Positions 19,549 to 30,092 are shown, counted from the first letter of the stretch. The stretch: DNA of 64,000 bases from Spirochaetota bacterium (GCA_043803405.1 JAZDKB010000048.1:26635-90634); one strand, 5' to 3'. A program made the numbers and translations. The notes: generated by a model from the sequence alone, not told the origin.

Positions 19549-20646
19549 TTATACCTTTAGTCCCAGGGATTCCAGAAAATCAAAATAATTAACCTCACTA
19601 AGAGCATCTATTTCTATTATTTTGCATCCGACTTTGTAACTGCTCCCGTTTATTGAAATATTCTGAACACCGGCCAGCATGTTTGATTTAGTGTTATCAG
19701 GGAGAACAAGATCAAAATAAACGAGCTGATCCTTGCTGAAATATTTTATGCATTGCTTGTCCTTGAATATTACTCCCAGGCCGCTTTTTGAAACATCGGA
19801 GACTGCAATTCTTTCTTCCGCCTGCGGAAAAAATCCGTGCTTATTTAATAACTCATTAGTAATGACAGCCATTTTTTTTACAACCTGCATTGCGGATTCA
19901 GCAAATGGCGACTTGTTGTTGACCTGGACATATCCATAAGGGATTTTCATTCTGTAAACTATAGGTACGGAAATTTCCGAAATTAACTGCCGGTTATTTG
20001 TCAGGTTATTGTCATTAGAATATATGTTTTTTATATAATAATGATAAAATTCCTTATGTTTATCCTCAGGTTCATTATGAATATCCGCGATAAATATTGG
20101 CCTTATGTTGTCTTTAAAATAATTCATTCTGTCATCTTTACCATATTGAAGAAAATACAGGCGAATATGATCGAATGACTGTTCCAGCTTAATTTTAATT
20201 GTGTCTTCAATTGCCTTTTTCTTTTTCTTGTTATATTCCAGACTGTTTTTTATTATGTATTCTGAGATCATATTAGCAATAAACAACCTGTGATTAAGCT
20301 TGTTTTGCGGATCAAGAATTATTCTTTCTTCTTTTCTTGGTGTGTAGACAACCTGTATTTTTACAGGGGAGAAAATATACGTAACACTGTCTTTTTTCTC
20401 CAGGAATTTTAAAAAAGCGTAAAATGTGTATCCGGATGTATTACGGCATAAAATAAGATAATCTTTTTCGATTATATAAAAATCCTTGATTTCAAAAAGC
20501 AGTTTATTATCAGCAAAGCTCAGGAATTTAACGCGTATAACTGTCTGATTATCTTTAATAAAAGACTGAAATTTTGTGAATTCATTGTTGAATATTTTGT
20601 CAAATGATGCTGCGTCGCTGTAGGTTGTAACGGATTCAATATCCAT
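19549..20646 (-). CDS. DUF1577-like YcgR/PilZ protein with an inserted GAF-like domain
   Basis: RKEER near residue 100, ISEISVPI...PYGYVQV (GAF-like), C-terminal DVSKSG. Confidence 0.75.
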   Translation of the reverse strand: MDIESVTTYSDAASFDKIFNNEFTKFQSFIKDNQTVIRVKFLSFADNKLLFEIKDFYIIEKDYLILCRNTSGYTFYAFLKFLEKKDSVTYIFSPVKIQVVYTPRKEERIILDPQNKLNHRLFIANMISEYIIKNSLEYNKKKKKAIEDTIKIKLEQSFDHIRLYFLQYGKDDRMNYFKDNIRPIFIADIHNEPEDKHKEFYHYYIKNIYSNDNNLTNNRQLISEISVPIVYRMKIPYGYVQVNNKSPFAESAMQVVKKMAVITNELLNKHGFFPQAEERIAVSDVSKSGLGVIFKDKQCIKYFSKDQLVYFDLVLPDNTKSNMLAGVQNISINGSSYKVGCKIIEIDALSEVNYFDFLESLGLKV

Positions 20647-20755
20647 ATTATTGCCCGATGATAAAAGTAATTGTAAGCAGGAAACTTGTATGCCGGATAA
20701 TACTGGATTAAATATTAAACTATTATGCTTATAATAGCAAGAGAAAATCAGGAGG

Positions 20756-23173
20756 TTATCTGTTTAGCAGCGCTATGGTGACACCATCGCCGCCTTCTCC
20801 CTGTTCGCCGGGACGAAATTTTGCAACATACCTGGAGAACTTAAGCTGGCTGCGCACTGCGAGTTTCAGGGCGCCTGTGCCGTGCCCGTGAATAATTACC
20901 GCTGTGTCAATGCCGCTGCGCATCATTCTGTCAAGCTCCGTTTCGAGCCTGTTTATTGCTTCGTCTGCTTTTAATCCGCGAAGGTCAATTGTGTTGTAGC
21001 GGGTCTGTAAAGTGCCGGGTACAGGCTTGTCCGTTTCATCCGGGTGCCTTGTTGCCGGCCTTGCTGCTTCAGGCTCTTTCTTTTCCTTCTTCTTCGCTTT
21101 TTTTACGGATACGGACAGGAGATCTTCAAAACTGTATTTCGCTTTTATTGCATTGCCGAGTACGACCGATACTCTTTTAGCAGCAGTATCAATATTGCTG
21201 ATCCTGCCTGTTTTTTCCAGCGATGCTATAAAAACATAATCGCCCTGTTTTGCTTTTTCCGGCACAAATGGCAGATACTTGTTTATAAACCTTTTTTGCC
21301 GGTCTTTCCTTAATTCAGCGGATACTTTATCTTTAGTCTCTTTAAGTTCGTGCTTTATCTTCTCAAGCTCTTTTACGTTTTTGTTCTGCAGATCGTTTAA
21401 TTTATCAGTTATGTCTTTTCTGTATCTGTTTATTTCTTCAATGAAATCGATCCCGCGTTCGTTTTTAATCTCTTCAATTCTTTGATCCAGTTTCATTTTG
21501 GTTTCGATATTCTTATTCTTTTCTATTATAAGCTGCTCATTGGTTTCCTTTATTTTTTTTTGCTCTTCTTCTATCTCTTCCTTATGTTTCTGAATGTTTT
21601 CGATAAGGGCTTCAGTGGACATTTCGCGGCTATCCAGAAGTTCTTTTGCCCTGCTTATAACTTCATCCGGCATTCCGTAATTTTTTGCAATGTCGAGAGC
21701 ATAGCTTGTGCCGGGAATGCCTGTTCTAAGCCTGTAAGTTGGACGGAGCGTATCGATGTCAAAGGATACGGACGCATTAGTAAACCGCCTGTTGATTGAT
21801 GGCAGCTCTTTTAATTCAGGGTAGTGTGTTGCGACAATGATTATTGAGTCCGTACCTGCGAGCTTTTCAAGAACGGACTGCGCAAGAACAGCTCCCTGTC
21901 TCGGATTTGTCCCTACCAGAATTTCGTCTACCAGGATCAAAGTATCTTTATTAGCGCGTTCTATCATTTCTTTAATAATGACGATCTGTCCAGAATAAGT
22001 CGAGAGCGATTCCAGTATGCTCTGGTCGTCCCCAATGTCTGCGAGTATGTTGGAGAATATTCCTATTGCCGAGTCCGGGCCTGCCGGTATGTGAAGCCCG
22101 TGCATAGCCAGAAGCGCACACAGCCCCACAGTCTTAAGGAGTACTGTCTTTCCCCCGGTGTTTGCGCCGGAAATTATCATACAATTATATTCTTTTCCGA
22201 TTGATATGTCGTTCGGGACAACTGCCTCCGGGCTCATTAAGAAGAGCAAAGGATGACGTGCGCTCTGAAGATCAATTATGTTTTCGTTCACTATTTGCGG
22301 CTCGCTTCCTTTTACTTCGATGCTGAATTTCGCTGAGGCGGTTAAAATGTCAAGCCTTGCAAGCAGTGTCGCGTTCGATCGCAGTTCGCCGGAATGTTTC
22401 GCGATCTCTTTTGTCAGCTCGCGGAGTATTCTGGATATCTCGATTTTGTAATCCCGTTCGAGCATTATCATCTTATTATTCAAATGCGTAATCTCTTCAG
22501 GCTCAATGTAAAGTGTTGCTCCGCTGGCAGACAGGTCATGTATGTTGCCTTTGACCTTATCCTTCATATTTGTTTTTATAAGAATAACGTAGCGTTCGTT
22601 GCGTATCGTGTGTATCTTTTCCTGAAGAGCGGAGGAAAGCGAAGACGAGTTAAAAATCGAGTTTAGCTTTTTTTCAATTTCCTGTTTAACGCCGGATAAA
22701 TTATCCTTAATATTTTTTAACGCAGGATATTTGTTGGTATTTAATTCGTTGTTGTCTGTGACCGATGAGTAAAGAAGATCTTTTAAATCATTTAGCCTGG
22801 CAAGAAAACCGAATTCCACGGAAATTGAAACAAGGATATCCTTATGCTTCGAAATAAAATTTATTATCCTGTTGGATGCCGTAATAAAATTTCTGATGAC
22901 GCATACATCGCTTATCTGAAGAACACCTTCCTTCTCGGCAATGTCCAGGAGCGGGCTTATGTTCTCAGCGCCTGTAAAGTCGGGCTGCTCGCTCTGAAGC
23001 ATTGTTTCTTTCAGCTCGGTAATTTCCTTAAGCCTCGATTTTGCCTTTTCGGCCGCAAGCGGTTTGATCGCCTGCGCAATTTCCCTGCCAGTGGATGTTG
23101 CGCACCGCGAAGCAAGCTCTGTAATTATGCTGTCCCATTCGAGTATGCGCAGCACTCGTTCGGATATTTTCAT
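20756..23173 (-). CDS. mutS2: MutS2 ATPase with coiled coil, KOW-like region and Smr domain
   Basis: HDLSASGATLYIEP, ARHPLL, GANTGGKT, DIGDDQSI, ATHY, and Smr IDLRGL...IIHGHGTG. Confidence 0.95.
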   Translation of the reverse strand: MKISERVLRILEWDSIITELASRCATSTGREIAQAIKPLAAEKAKSRLKEITELKETMLQSEQPDFTGAENISPLLDIAEKEGVLQISDVCVIRNFITASNRIINFISKHKDILVSISVEFGFLARLNDLKDLLYSSVTDNNELNTNKYPALKNIKDNLSGVKQEIEKKLNSIFNSSSLSSALQEKIHTIRNERYVILIKTNMKDKVKGNIHDLSASGATLYIEPEEITHLNNKMIMLERDYKIEISRILRELTKEIAKHSGELRSNATLLARLDILTASAKFSIEVKGSEPQIVNENIIDLQSARHPLLFLMSPEAVVPNDISIGKEYNCMIISGANTGGKTVLLKTVGLCALLAMHGLHIPAGPDSAIGIFSNILADIGDDQSILESLSTYSGQIVIIKEMIERANKDTLILVDEILVGTNPRQGAVLAQSVLEKLAGTDSIIIVATHYPELKELPSINRRFTNASVSFDIDTLRPTYRLRTGIPGTSYALDIAKNYGMPDEVISRAKELLDSREMSTEALIENIQKHKEEIEEEQKKIKETNEQLIIEKNKNIETKMKLDQRIEEIKNERGIDFIEEINRYRKDITDKLNDLQNKNVKELEKIKHELKETKDKVSAELRKDRQKRFINKYLPFVPEKAKQGDYVFIASLEKTGRISNIDTAAKRVSVVLGNAIKAKYSFEDLLSVSVKKAKKKEKKEPEAARPATRHPDETDKPVPGTLQTRYNTIDLRGLKADEAINRLETELDRMMRSGIDTAVIIHGHGTGALKLAVRSQLKFSRYVAKFRPGEQGEGGDGVTIALLNR

Positions 23174-23358
23174 AAATTAGTTTGTTCCCGTTTGCCCAGA
23201 ATTGACAATTATTTTGCCATTCAAGGGCCTTTTAGCTAAAAAAGTCAACCAAGTTGAGTAATTTCGGATGTCTATAATTTAATATGGCATTTGTTCTTAA
23301 TTTTAATCAAAATAATAGTAAAGAACATCATTGTTTTTGGGAGGAATGATTTTTCTTG

Positions 23359-23637
23359 TTACTTTAGGGCGTCTTTATCTTTCAAAACAGCTATCGTAGC
23401 GCCCCAGTTGGAGCCGTCATCGCTGAATGACTCGATTTTACTGTTTTTAGCGAGTTCATCATGTACTATAGTTTTAATAGTAGAAATACCCTTGCCATGT
23501 ACAATCCTGATCTGCTTTTTGCCGTTCTGAGCAGCAATTTTAATAAATTCAATTAAAACATCCTTCACGTCTTTTGCGTGAAAATGATGCAGGTCCAGTT
23601 CGTAATCAAGGTCTATCTTTATTATTTCATCTTCCAT
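23359..23637 (-). CDS. Stand-alone Smr-domain protein
   Basis: ELDLHHF, IVHGKG and NWGAT; start chosen at MEDEII (23637). Confidence 0.88.
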   Translation of the reverse strand: MEDEIIKIDLDYELDLHHFHAKDVKDVLIEFIKIAAQNGKKQIRIVHGKGISTIKTIVHDELAKNSKIESFSDDGSNWGATIAVLKDKDALK

Positions 23638-23817
23638 TATAATTGATCCGTTAAAATGCATTATTTCATAATAGCAATTAAAATACAAATAATTAATTGC
23701 GTAATAACGGGGAATAAGATAAAAATTAAGAATCTTGACATAAATTTTTTATTATATAAACTATCACCCGAACATGATAATTATTGTCCGGTTATAAGAT
23801 TTAATGGAGATCCTTAT

Positions 23818-25512
23818 ATGAGAAAAACATGTATTAGTATAATATTTGTCTGTGCATTATTTATTATTAACAATCATGCTGTAAGCCTTGAGGTTGATAT
23901 TGATGAGATAAAAACAAAACCAGTAAGGTTTATTAATTACGAAGGAAAATACGACAGGCCGGATTCAGAGGCGGACATAGGAAAGATAGGGCAGGCACTT
24001 TCGCGCGACGCAAAGGAAAACGAACGCGTCCGCTTTTACATAAAGTATTCGGTCATCCATGCAGTATCCAAGGAAGAGCCGGAGAAATTCTCCGCGGATA
24101 TTTTCTCAATCGATAAAGACGCAAAGGTCGGTCATATTGCCATGGTAAGGAAGATCACTTCTGCTTATCTTATGAGTAAATACGGGTATTCTTCGCGCAA
24201 TGCGGAAACAATCTCCCTGTTTCTTTCATACTATAACGCAATTTACCGCGGGAACATGGGCTATTTTTCAGGAAAATACAAGACTGCTGTAATGAAACAC
24301 GTAACAGCAAATAATGCCGGTATATCGACTAAGTATACCGACTGGGCAGGATCGACTAAAATGCTCATACCGCTTACCGAAGCAGCGCAGAAAGGAAAGC
24401 TGGACGCAATTGCGCCGGAAATAATATCGGACAAAAAAGTAAGAAAAGAAGTGAGCAGGGATGAGAAGAATATTCCTGCCAGAAAGGATATGGCTGGAAT
24501 TAAAGAACGCGTACTTGAAAAAGAAAAGAAAGAACTCGAAGAGAAAAAGCAGGAAGTAAAGAAAGAAGCAGGAAAGATAGAACAGGAGAAAAAGCCTGTT
24601 GAAGAAAAGAAAACCGAGATAGTAAAAAAAGAAGAGCAATTAAAGAAAGAAAAAGAAGAAGCGAAAAAAATTGCAGAGCCTGAAAAACGCAAAGAGAAGG
24701 AATCTGAGATAGAGAAAAAAGAAAAGCAAATAGAAAAAGAAAAAGCTGAAGCAAAAAAGAAAGAAGAAGAAATAGCTAAAAAAGAAATAGAAGCAAAGAA
24801 AGAAGAAAAGAAAATTGCAGAGAAAGAAACAAAGATAACAGAACGCGAAAAAGAACTACAGAAAGAAAAGAAGGAAATAGAGCGCGATGAACTTAAGCGC
24901 GACATTGCAAAAGAGCCGGAAAAAGTACAGGCAAAGCTTGAGGAAAAAGCGAAAGAGCTCGACAAGCGCGAAGACGCGATTAGATCAAAAGAGCCGGATA
25001 AAAACATATATGCCAACAAGCTTTATTATCTTAAAATAAAAGAGTACCTTGACGGCGGCCATTACAATAACGAAATGAATATGATAGACGCATCAACCAT
25101 GAAAGTGATGTTCAAGTCTCCGGTTGAGTTTATTTGCGGCAGCAGATACGATGTGTTTTCCGGCGGAGTGGTCGTAATCACGCACAGGGGCAGTCACACA
25201 ATGGGGCACAGGCTCACTTTAATGGACCGCGAAACTCTGAAAGCAACCGCGAACGGTGATGACAACATATTCTGGCGGAGCTTCATAGAGATACGCGACG
25301 GTTTTATTTACGTAATAGTGAACGATAAAGGCAAATATCATCTTGGGCGTTTTGACGGCAACCTAAAGCTTGTTGCCAAATCGAAAGAAGATATTTCTGA
25401 GGATACTTTTATAAGCTTTTTCGAGGATAAAATATACATCAACAGGCTCGATAAGACAATCGTTGCGCTAAAAAAAGACGATCTGTCTCTGATTGGCGAA
25501 GTGAAACCGTGA
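23818..25512 (+). CDS. P83/100-family spirochaete protein with a long Lys/Glu coiled coil
   Basis: Start chosen at ATG 23818 after GGAG; signal peptide, FINYEG, ADIFSI...VGHI, YYNAIYRG; central K/E-rich tract. Confidence 0.82.
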   Translation: MRKTCISIIFVCALFIINNHAVSLEVDIDEIKTKPVRFINYEGKYDRPDSEADIGKIGQALSRDAKENERVRFYIKYSVIHAVSKEEPEKFSADIFSIDKDAKVGHIAMVRKITSAYLMSKYGYSSRNAETISLFLSYYNAIYRGNMGYFSGKYKTAVMKHVTANNAGISTKYTDWAGSTKMLIPLTEAAQKGKLDAIAPEIISDKKVRKEVSRDEKNIPARKDMAGIKERVLEKEKKELEEKKQEVKKEAGKIEQEKKPVEEKKTEIVKKEEQLKKEKEEAKKIAEPEKRKEKESEIEKKEKQIEKEKAEAKKKEEEIAKKEIEAKKEEKKIAEKETKITEREKELQKEKKEIERDELKRDIAKEPEKVQAKLEEKAKELDKREDAIRSKEPDKNIYANKLYYLKIKEYLDGGHYNNEMNMIDASTMKVMFKSPVEFICGSRYDVFSGGVVVITHRGSHTMGHRLTLMDRETLKATANGDDNIFWRSFIEIRDGFIYVIVNDKGKYHLGRFDGNLKLVAKSKEDISEDTFISFFEDKIYINRLDKTIVALKKDDLSLIGEVKP

Positions 25513-25592
25513 TTTTTTTATTTGAAATGAAAACAATTTGTCAAAAAATGAATGTAATATTTATATATCATTGTTAATTATAGGAGCTTGTT

Positions 25593-25808
25593 ATGGAATC
25601 AGTAAGTCAATTAGCAAAGAAAGCTTTTGAACTTAAACCGGTTGAGCGTATTCAATTGGTTGAAGCTATTCTTTTTAGTCTTGACAAACCGGATCCGGAA
25701 ATTGAACAAAAGTGGATTGCGGAATCTGAAGCAAGATATGAAGCCTATAACAAGGGCGAAATCGAAGCAATTAATTGGGATGATATTAAAATGAGGTATA
25801 ATCGTTGA
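25593..25808 (+). CDS. Addiction-module antitoxin
   Basis: LKPVERIQLVEAILFSLD...WIAESEARY...INWD pattern; overlaps the toxin gene. Confidence 0.85.
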   Translation: MESVSQLAKKAFELKPVERIQLVEAILFSLDKPDPEIEQKWIAESEARYEAYNKGEIEAINWDDIKMRYNR

Positions 25809-26098
25809 AAGTACGATTTATCTCTCCGGCGTTATTTGAACTGGATGAAGCGGTAAGGTATTACGAATATCAAGTGAATGGATTAGGCTATAGATTTTTT
25901 CAGGAAGTGGATGCAGCAGTAGAAAGAATAAAACTGATGCCGGAAGCATGGACGAAAATCGGCAGTAAAACTCATCGTTGTTTGCTGAAAAACTTCCCTT
26001 ATGCTGTTTTGTATGTATTTGAAAATTCGGAGATTTTAATAACTTCTATTGCGAATCTGCACAGAAATCCTGAACACTATAAAGCCAGAATTTTATAA
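25805..26098 (+). CDS. RelE/ParE-family toxin
   Basis: ELDEAVRYYE, GLGYRF, HRCLLKNFPY and IANLHRNPEH; TTG start overlaps the antitoxin stop. Confidence 0.88.
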   Translation: MKVRFISPALFELDEAVRYYEYQVNGLGYRFFQEVDAAVERIKLMPEAWTKIGSKTHRCLLKNFPYAVLYVFENSEILITSIANLHRNPEHYKARIL

Positions 26099-26183
26099 AG
26101 TAGAATTAACATCTTTTTCTTCTTGAACTTTAATTAGTTATAATTTAAGTACTGCCATAATATGAAATTAATGGTGATCTATT

Positions 26184-26813
26184 ATGGCTAAACGAGCATT
26201 TCTCTTTGACTTTGACGGCACGCTTGTGGATACAATGGACGGGTTCGCAGATATTGCAGGCCGGGTTATTCACGACTTTCATCCGGAAATGAGCTTTGAA
26301 GAAGCAAGGGCCAATTATATGAAAACTTCAGGGGCTCCTTTTTTCCAGCAATGTGAAATGCTGTTCCCCGGCAACCCGACAAACGCTGAAAAAGTAAAGA
26401 TATTCGAAGAATCAAAACAGGAAGGCTTCTTTAAACAAAGGTTTTCCGATGATGTTAAATTTGCAATAAATGCGCTCCGCAAAAGAGGAGATATTGCCGG
26501 AGTATCTTCCAATAATTATCAGGAACTGATAGATAAGTTCGTAAAAAGAGAAGGCCTTGTGTTCGATGTAATACTCGGATTTAATGAGGGATTCCAGAAA
26601 GGCAAGGATCACTTCGAATACGTAATGAAAAAATTTTTATTATCAAGAAAAGACCTGACATTTGTCGGGGATTCTTTAAAGGATGCAGAAAAAGCGTTTG
26701 ATAATAAAATAAATTTTGTAGGGAAATGCGGGACTTTTACACGTGAAGATTTTCTGAAACTGGATAGTGATATAAAAACAATTAGTAATATCCGGGAGTT
26801 GTTGGATCTATGA
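26184..26813 (+). CDS. HAD-superfamily hydrolase (phosphatase)
   Basis: FDFDGTLVDT, VSSN and FVGDSLKD. Confidence 0.9.
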   Translation: MAKRAFLFDFDGTLVDTMDGFADIAGRVIHDFHPEMSFEEARANYMKTSGAPFFQQCEMLFPGNPTNAEKVKIFEESKQEGFFKQRFSDDVKFAINALRKRGDIAGVSSNNYQELIDKFVKREGLVFDVILGFNEGFQKGKDHFEYVMKKFLLSRKDLTFVGDSLKDAEKAFDNKINFVGKCGTFTREDFLKLDSDIKTISNIRELLDL

Positions 26814-27544
26814 GAGCAATTGTACTTGCGGCAGGAACAGGAAGCAGGCTGGGTGAGATCACCAAGGCCCGAACAAAGGGCATGGTGCCCGTAAACGGCA
26901 AACGATTAATAGACTATCTGCTTGAGTTTTTCGAGATTGAATTCTTTGATGAGATTTTAATAATCGGCGGATTCTGCTATGAAGACCTGAAAGATCATAT
27001 TCAAAAGAAAAAATATGAAAATGTCCGCGTGCTCGAAAACAAGGAATATTTAAAAGGTAATATTTTTACTTTAGTCAGAGGGCTTAAAGAATTTGAAAGC
27101 GATTCTTTTTTAATAACCAACGTGGATCATATATATCCCAGAAAAATGTTCGAACGCATGAAGAAATCTTTTATGGGAATAACCGCCATGTGCGATTTCG
27201 ACAGGAATCTGACTAACGATGATATGAAAGTTAAGCTCCGCGCAGATAGCCGTACAATAGAACTGATAAGAAAAGATCTTACTGAATTTAACTGCGGCTA
27301 CATAGGAATGAGTTATATAGATAAGAGCTCGAATAAAATTTATCGCGAAGCTGTAGAAAGGGCAGTGGAGAAATTCGGAGAAAAGGCTGTTGCCGAAAAC
27401 GTACTCCAGATACTGGCAAACGATGCAGGTACAGCTCCCGGGATATGCGATCTTTCGGGCATAGGCTGGTACGAAGTAGATACTGAAGACGATCTGCGAA
27501 AAGCTGAAGCAGGATTGCTGAAAGATCCTAATTTTACCAGATAA
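26810..27544 (+). CDS. Nucleotidyltransferase, phosphocholine-cytidylyltransferase (LicC)-like
   Basis: LAAGTGSRL, TNVDH, DDMKV, YIGMS and WYEVDTEDDL; ATGA overlap with the HAD gene. Confidence 0.85.
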   Translation: MRAIVLAAGTGSRLGEITKARTKGMVPVNGKRLIDYLLEFFEIEFFDEILIIGGFCYEDLKDHIQKKKYENVRVLENKEYLKGNIFTLVRGLKEFESDSFLITNVDHIYPRKMFERMKKSFMGITAMCDFDRNLTNDDMKVKLRADSRTIELIRKDLTEFNCGYIGMSYIDKSSNKIYREAVERAVEKFGEKAVAENVLQILANDAGTAPGICDLSGIGWYEVDTEDDLRKAEAGLLKDPNFTR

Positions 27545-28502
27545 AGATAAGCGGATTAATCAACTGTCCGTGCCTTTTTACCATAAAATGCAGATGAGGG
27601 CCGGTTGACCTTCCTGTTGAGCCGATGCGACCGATGATGTCTTTTTTTGTTACACTTTGTCCATTTTTTACATTTATAGCTGAACAATGTCCGTATGTGC
27701 TTTCATATCCGTCCAGATGTTGAATGATTATTGCGAGGCCCAGTTCATGCCGCCAGCCTGTAAAAGAAACAATTCCCTCCCTTGAAGCAAATATCGGTTC
27801 GCCGAATTTCGCGCTGATATCAATGCCATTGTGAAATTCCATGTTTTCTTCCGAAATGCCGACTCTGTCCCCGTACATTGATGTGTATCTGCCCAGAAGA
27901 GGCGAGCGGAATATCTTACGCATAGCGTATAATTTTTCCAGGGAATTATTTACAATTTCCGGAACCGCGTCTTTGAAAAATGCAAATCGTATGTCATCCA
28001 GTGAAAACAGTTTGAAAATGGATTGTATGTAGCTTCCCTGTATTGAACCTTTATATTCAATAATACGTGACATCCTTATTACGTCTAATAAATTATCTGA
28101 TGCCAGCAGAACCCCGTCTTCAGCCGGCAGTGCTATCTCGACTCCTTCTTTCGCGAGCAGGGATTCGATGAACGGATTTGCCGCAATAAGCGTATCCATG
28201 GAGATGTTATTTCTAATTGCGACATCCCAGTAGGATTCTCCATCTGCCATTTTATATGTTTTTATCTTTGTACCGAAATTATAAGGATATGATTTAACAA
28301 GTTTTATGTATTTTTCTGCGGATGAAAAGATTGGAAAGCCGTTTTTAACTACATATGAATCCGGATCGATTTTAATTCGTTCTCTGAAAACAGCGGTTAA
28401 TACATTGCCTAGTATCAGAATTGCAATTATAATTATTAAAATTATTTTTGCGCCTTTCTTTAATTGCCAGATGCTGTAGTTGGAAATCGGTAGTCCGTTC
28501 AT
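27534..28502 (-). CDS. M23-family metallopeptidase with LysM domain
   Basis: GESYWDVA (LysM), HNGID, YGHCS and STGPHLHF. Confidence 0.92.
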   Translation of the reverse strand: MNGLPISNYSIWQLKKGAKIILIIIIAILILGNVLTAVFRERIKIDPDSYVVKNGFPIFSSAEKYIKLVKSYPYNFGTKIKTYKMADGESYWDVAIRNNISMDTLIAANPFIESLLAKEGVEIALPAEDGVLLASDNLLDVIRMSRIIEYKGSIQGSYIQSIFKLFSLDDIRFAFFKDAVPEIVNNSLEKLYAMRKIFRSPLLGRYTSMYGDRVGISEENMEFHNGIDISAKFGEPIFASREGIVSFTGWRHELGLAIIIQHLDGYESTYGHCSAINVKNGQSVTKKDIIGRIGSTGRSTGPHLHFMVKRHGQLINPLIFIW

Positions 28503-28596
28503 TTATTTATTCCGATTAATTGTTTTTTAAACAGCCTATTAAGAAATATTTATGAATAAATGACCGAGTTACTGAGTATTTTGTACATCTTTGAAT

Positions 28597-29406
28597 TTAA
28601 CTGCCTAATTTCTCGGATCTTTTTTTTGCAGCATCTATCGCATCCATTATTATACCCGAAAAACCCGATCTTTCAAGTATATGCACTGCTTCTATGGTTG
28701 TTCCTCCGGGCGAGGTTACCTTTCCCCTTAAAGTAATGGGATCGTCCTTGCCCTCCAGAACCATCTTTGCTGCTCCGAGAATTGTCTGCGCAGCAAGAAT
28801 AGTTGCTTTGTCGCGCGGCAGCCCTGTCTTTACCCCGCCGTCAATCATTGCCTGTATCAGAGTGAATCCGTATGCCGGCCCGCTGCCGGAAACTGCCGTG
28901 ACAGCGTCCATAAGTTTTTCCGGCAGTATAACCACTTTGCCGAGATAAGAAAAAATTTCTTCAGCAACTGCGAGAAGCTTGCCGTCAATTTCTTTTGCTG
29001 CAGAAATAACAGACATCCCTTCGCCGATCATGGCAGGCGTATTCGGCATTACGCGTATAATGTTTTTGGGTGACTGGATGATCCCGTTTATATAACTGGT
29101 ACTGATGCCTGCAGCAATGGAAATGATAAGCTTATCTGAAATAACGTTTTTTATTTCCGATAATACGGAACCGATAATGTCGGGCTTAACAGCCAGGATG
29201 AGCACGTCGCTGCCTTTAACCAGATCGATTACTGATTCTGCAATCCGGATTCCCGTATCGCGTTTAATTGATTCAAGTTTGGATTTGTCTGTATCAAAAC
29301 AGATTATTTTTGCTTTATTTATATTATTTGCAAGGCAGGATATTATGGCGCTCCCCATATTGCCTGTCCCAATGCACCCGATCGTCATATTTGCGAGAAC
29401 GCTCAT
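28597..29406 (-). CDS. proC: Pyrroline-5-carboxylate reductase
   Basis: IGTGNMG, LAVKP, RVMPNTP, SGSGPAY and VTSPGGTT. Confidence 0.97.
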   Translation of the reverse strand: MSVLANMTIGCIGTGNMGSAIISCLANNINKAKIICFDTDKSKLESIKRDTGIRIAESVIDLVKGSDVLILAVKPDIIGSVLSEIKNVISDKLIISIAAGISTSYINGIIQSPKNIIRVMPNTPAMIGEGMSVISAAKEIDGKLLAVAEEIFSYLGKVVILPEKLMDAVTAVSGSGPAYGFTLIQAMIDGGVKTGLPRDKATILAAQTILGAAKMVLEGKDDPITLRGKVTSPGGTTIEAVHILERSGFSGIIMDAIDAAKKRSEKLGS

Positions 29407-30092
29407 TCCATGTATGTCCTTTGCCCGAATATAGCGCTGCCGATTCTAAGTAATGTTGCGCCTTCTTCGACTGCGATTCCGTAATCGGACGACATGCCCA
29501 TTGAGAGTTCCCTCATGTTAAGTCCGAGTTCCGCGTTTGCCCTTTCCAGAAGTTCTTTAAGCATCCTGAATGATGAGCGGATGCTCTTTGCGTCTTCGGT
29601 TAAAGGCCCGATCGTCATAAGACCCGTCAGTTCCAGATTCTTAAGCGTCGATACTTCCTTACATAATTTTATTGCTTCTTCCGGCTCTATTCCGCTTTTT
29701 GTGTCTTCGCCGGAAGTATTAACCTGCACAAGTATTTTTTGAACTTTGTTTATCTTTTTAGCTTCTTCGTCCGTTTTTAACGCTGTGCTGAATTTATCTA
29801 TAGAATGAATAAGGTCAAACATTTTTACGGCATCTCTGGCTTTATTTGACTGAAGATGCCCTACCAGGTGCATTATAAAAGCGCCCTTTAATGCAGGTGT
29901 CTTTTGCTTTGCTTCCTGTACTTTGTTCTCTCCGAATAGTGTTATTCCGTGATCTATTGCTTCCTGAATAGCGCTTGCCGGAAATGTTTTGCTGATCGCG
30001 ACTATCTTTACAGCACTAGCGTTTCTGCCGGCAGAAGCGGAAATTCGTTCTATCTCCCCGCATATCCTGCGATAATTTTCAAAAATTCCCAT
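29403..30092 (-). CDS. yggS: PLP homeostasis protein YggS
   Basis: VAISKT, FGENKVQE, GHLQSNK, LSMGMSSD and RIGSAIFG; upstream of proC. Confidence 0.96.
   Translation of the reverse strand: MGIFENYRRICGEIERISASAGRNASAVKIVAISKTFPASAIQEAIDHGITLFGENKVQEAKQKTPALKGAFIMHLVGHLQSNKARDAVKMFDLIHSIDKFSTALKTDEEAKKINKVQKILVQVNTSGEDTKSGIEPEEAIKLCKEVSTLKNLELTGLMTIGPLTEDAKSIRSSFRMLKELLERANAELGLNMRELSMGMSSDYGIAVEEGATLLRIGSAIFGQRTYME

Noticed and set aside
24261..25019. 252-aa Phe/Ser-rich ORF and other antisense ORFs
   Set aside because: Shadow of the Lys/Glu low-complexity coiled coil of the P83/100 gene on the other strand
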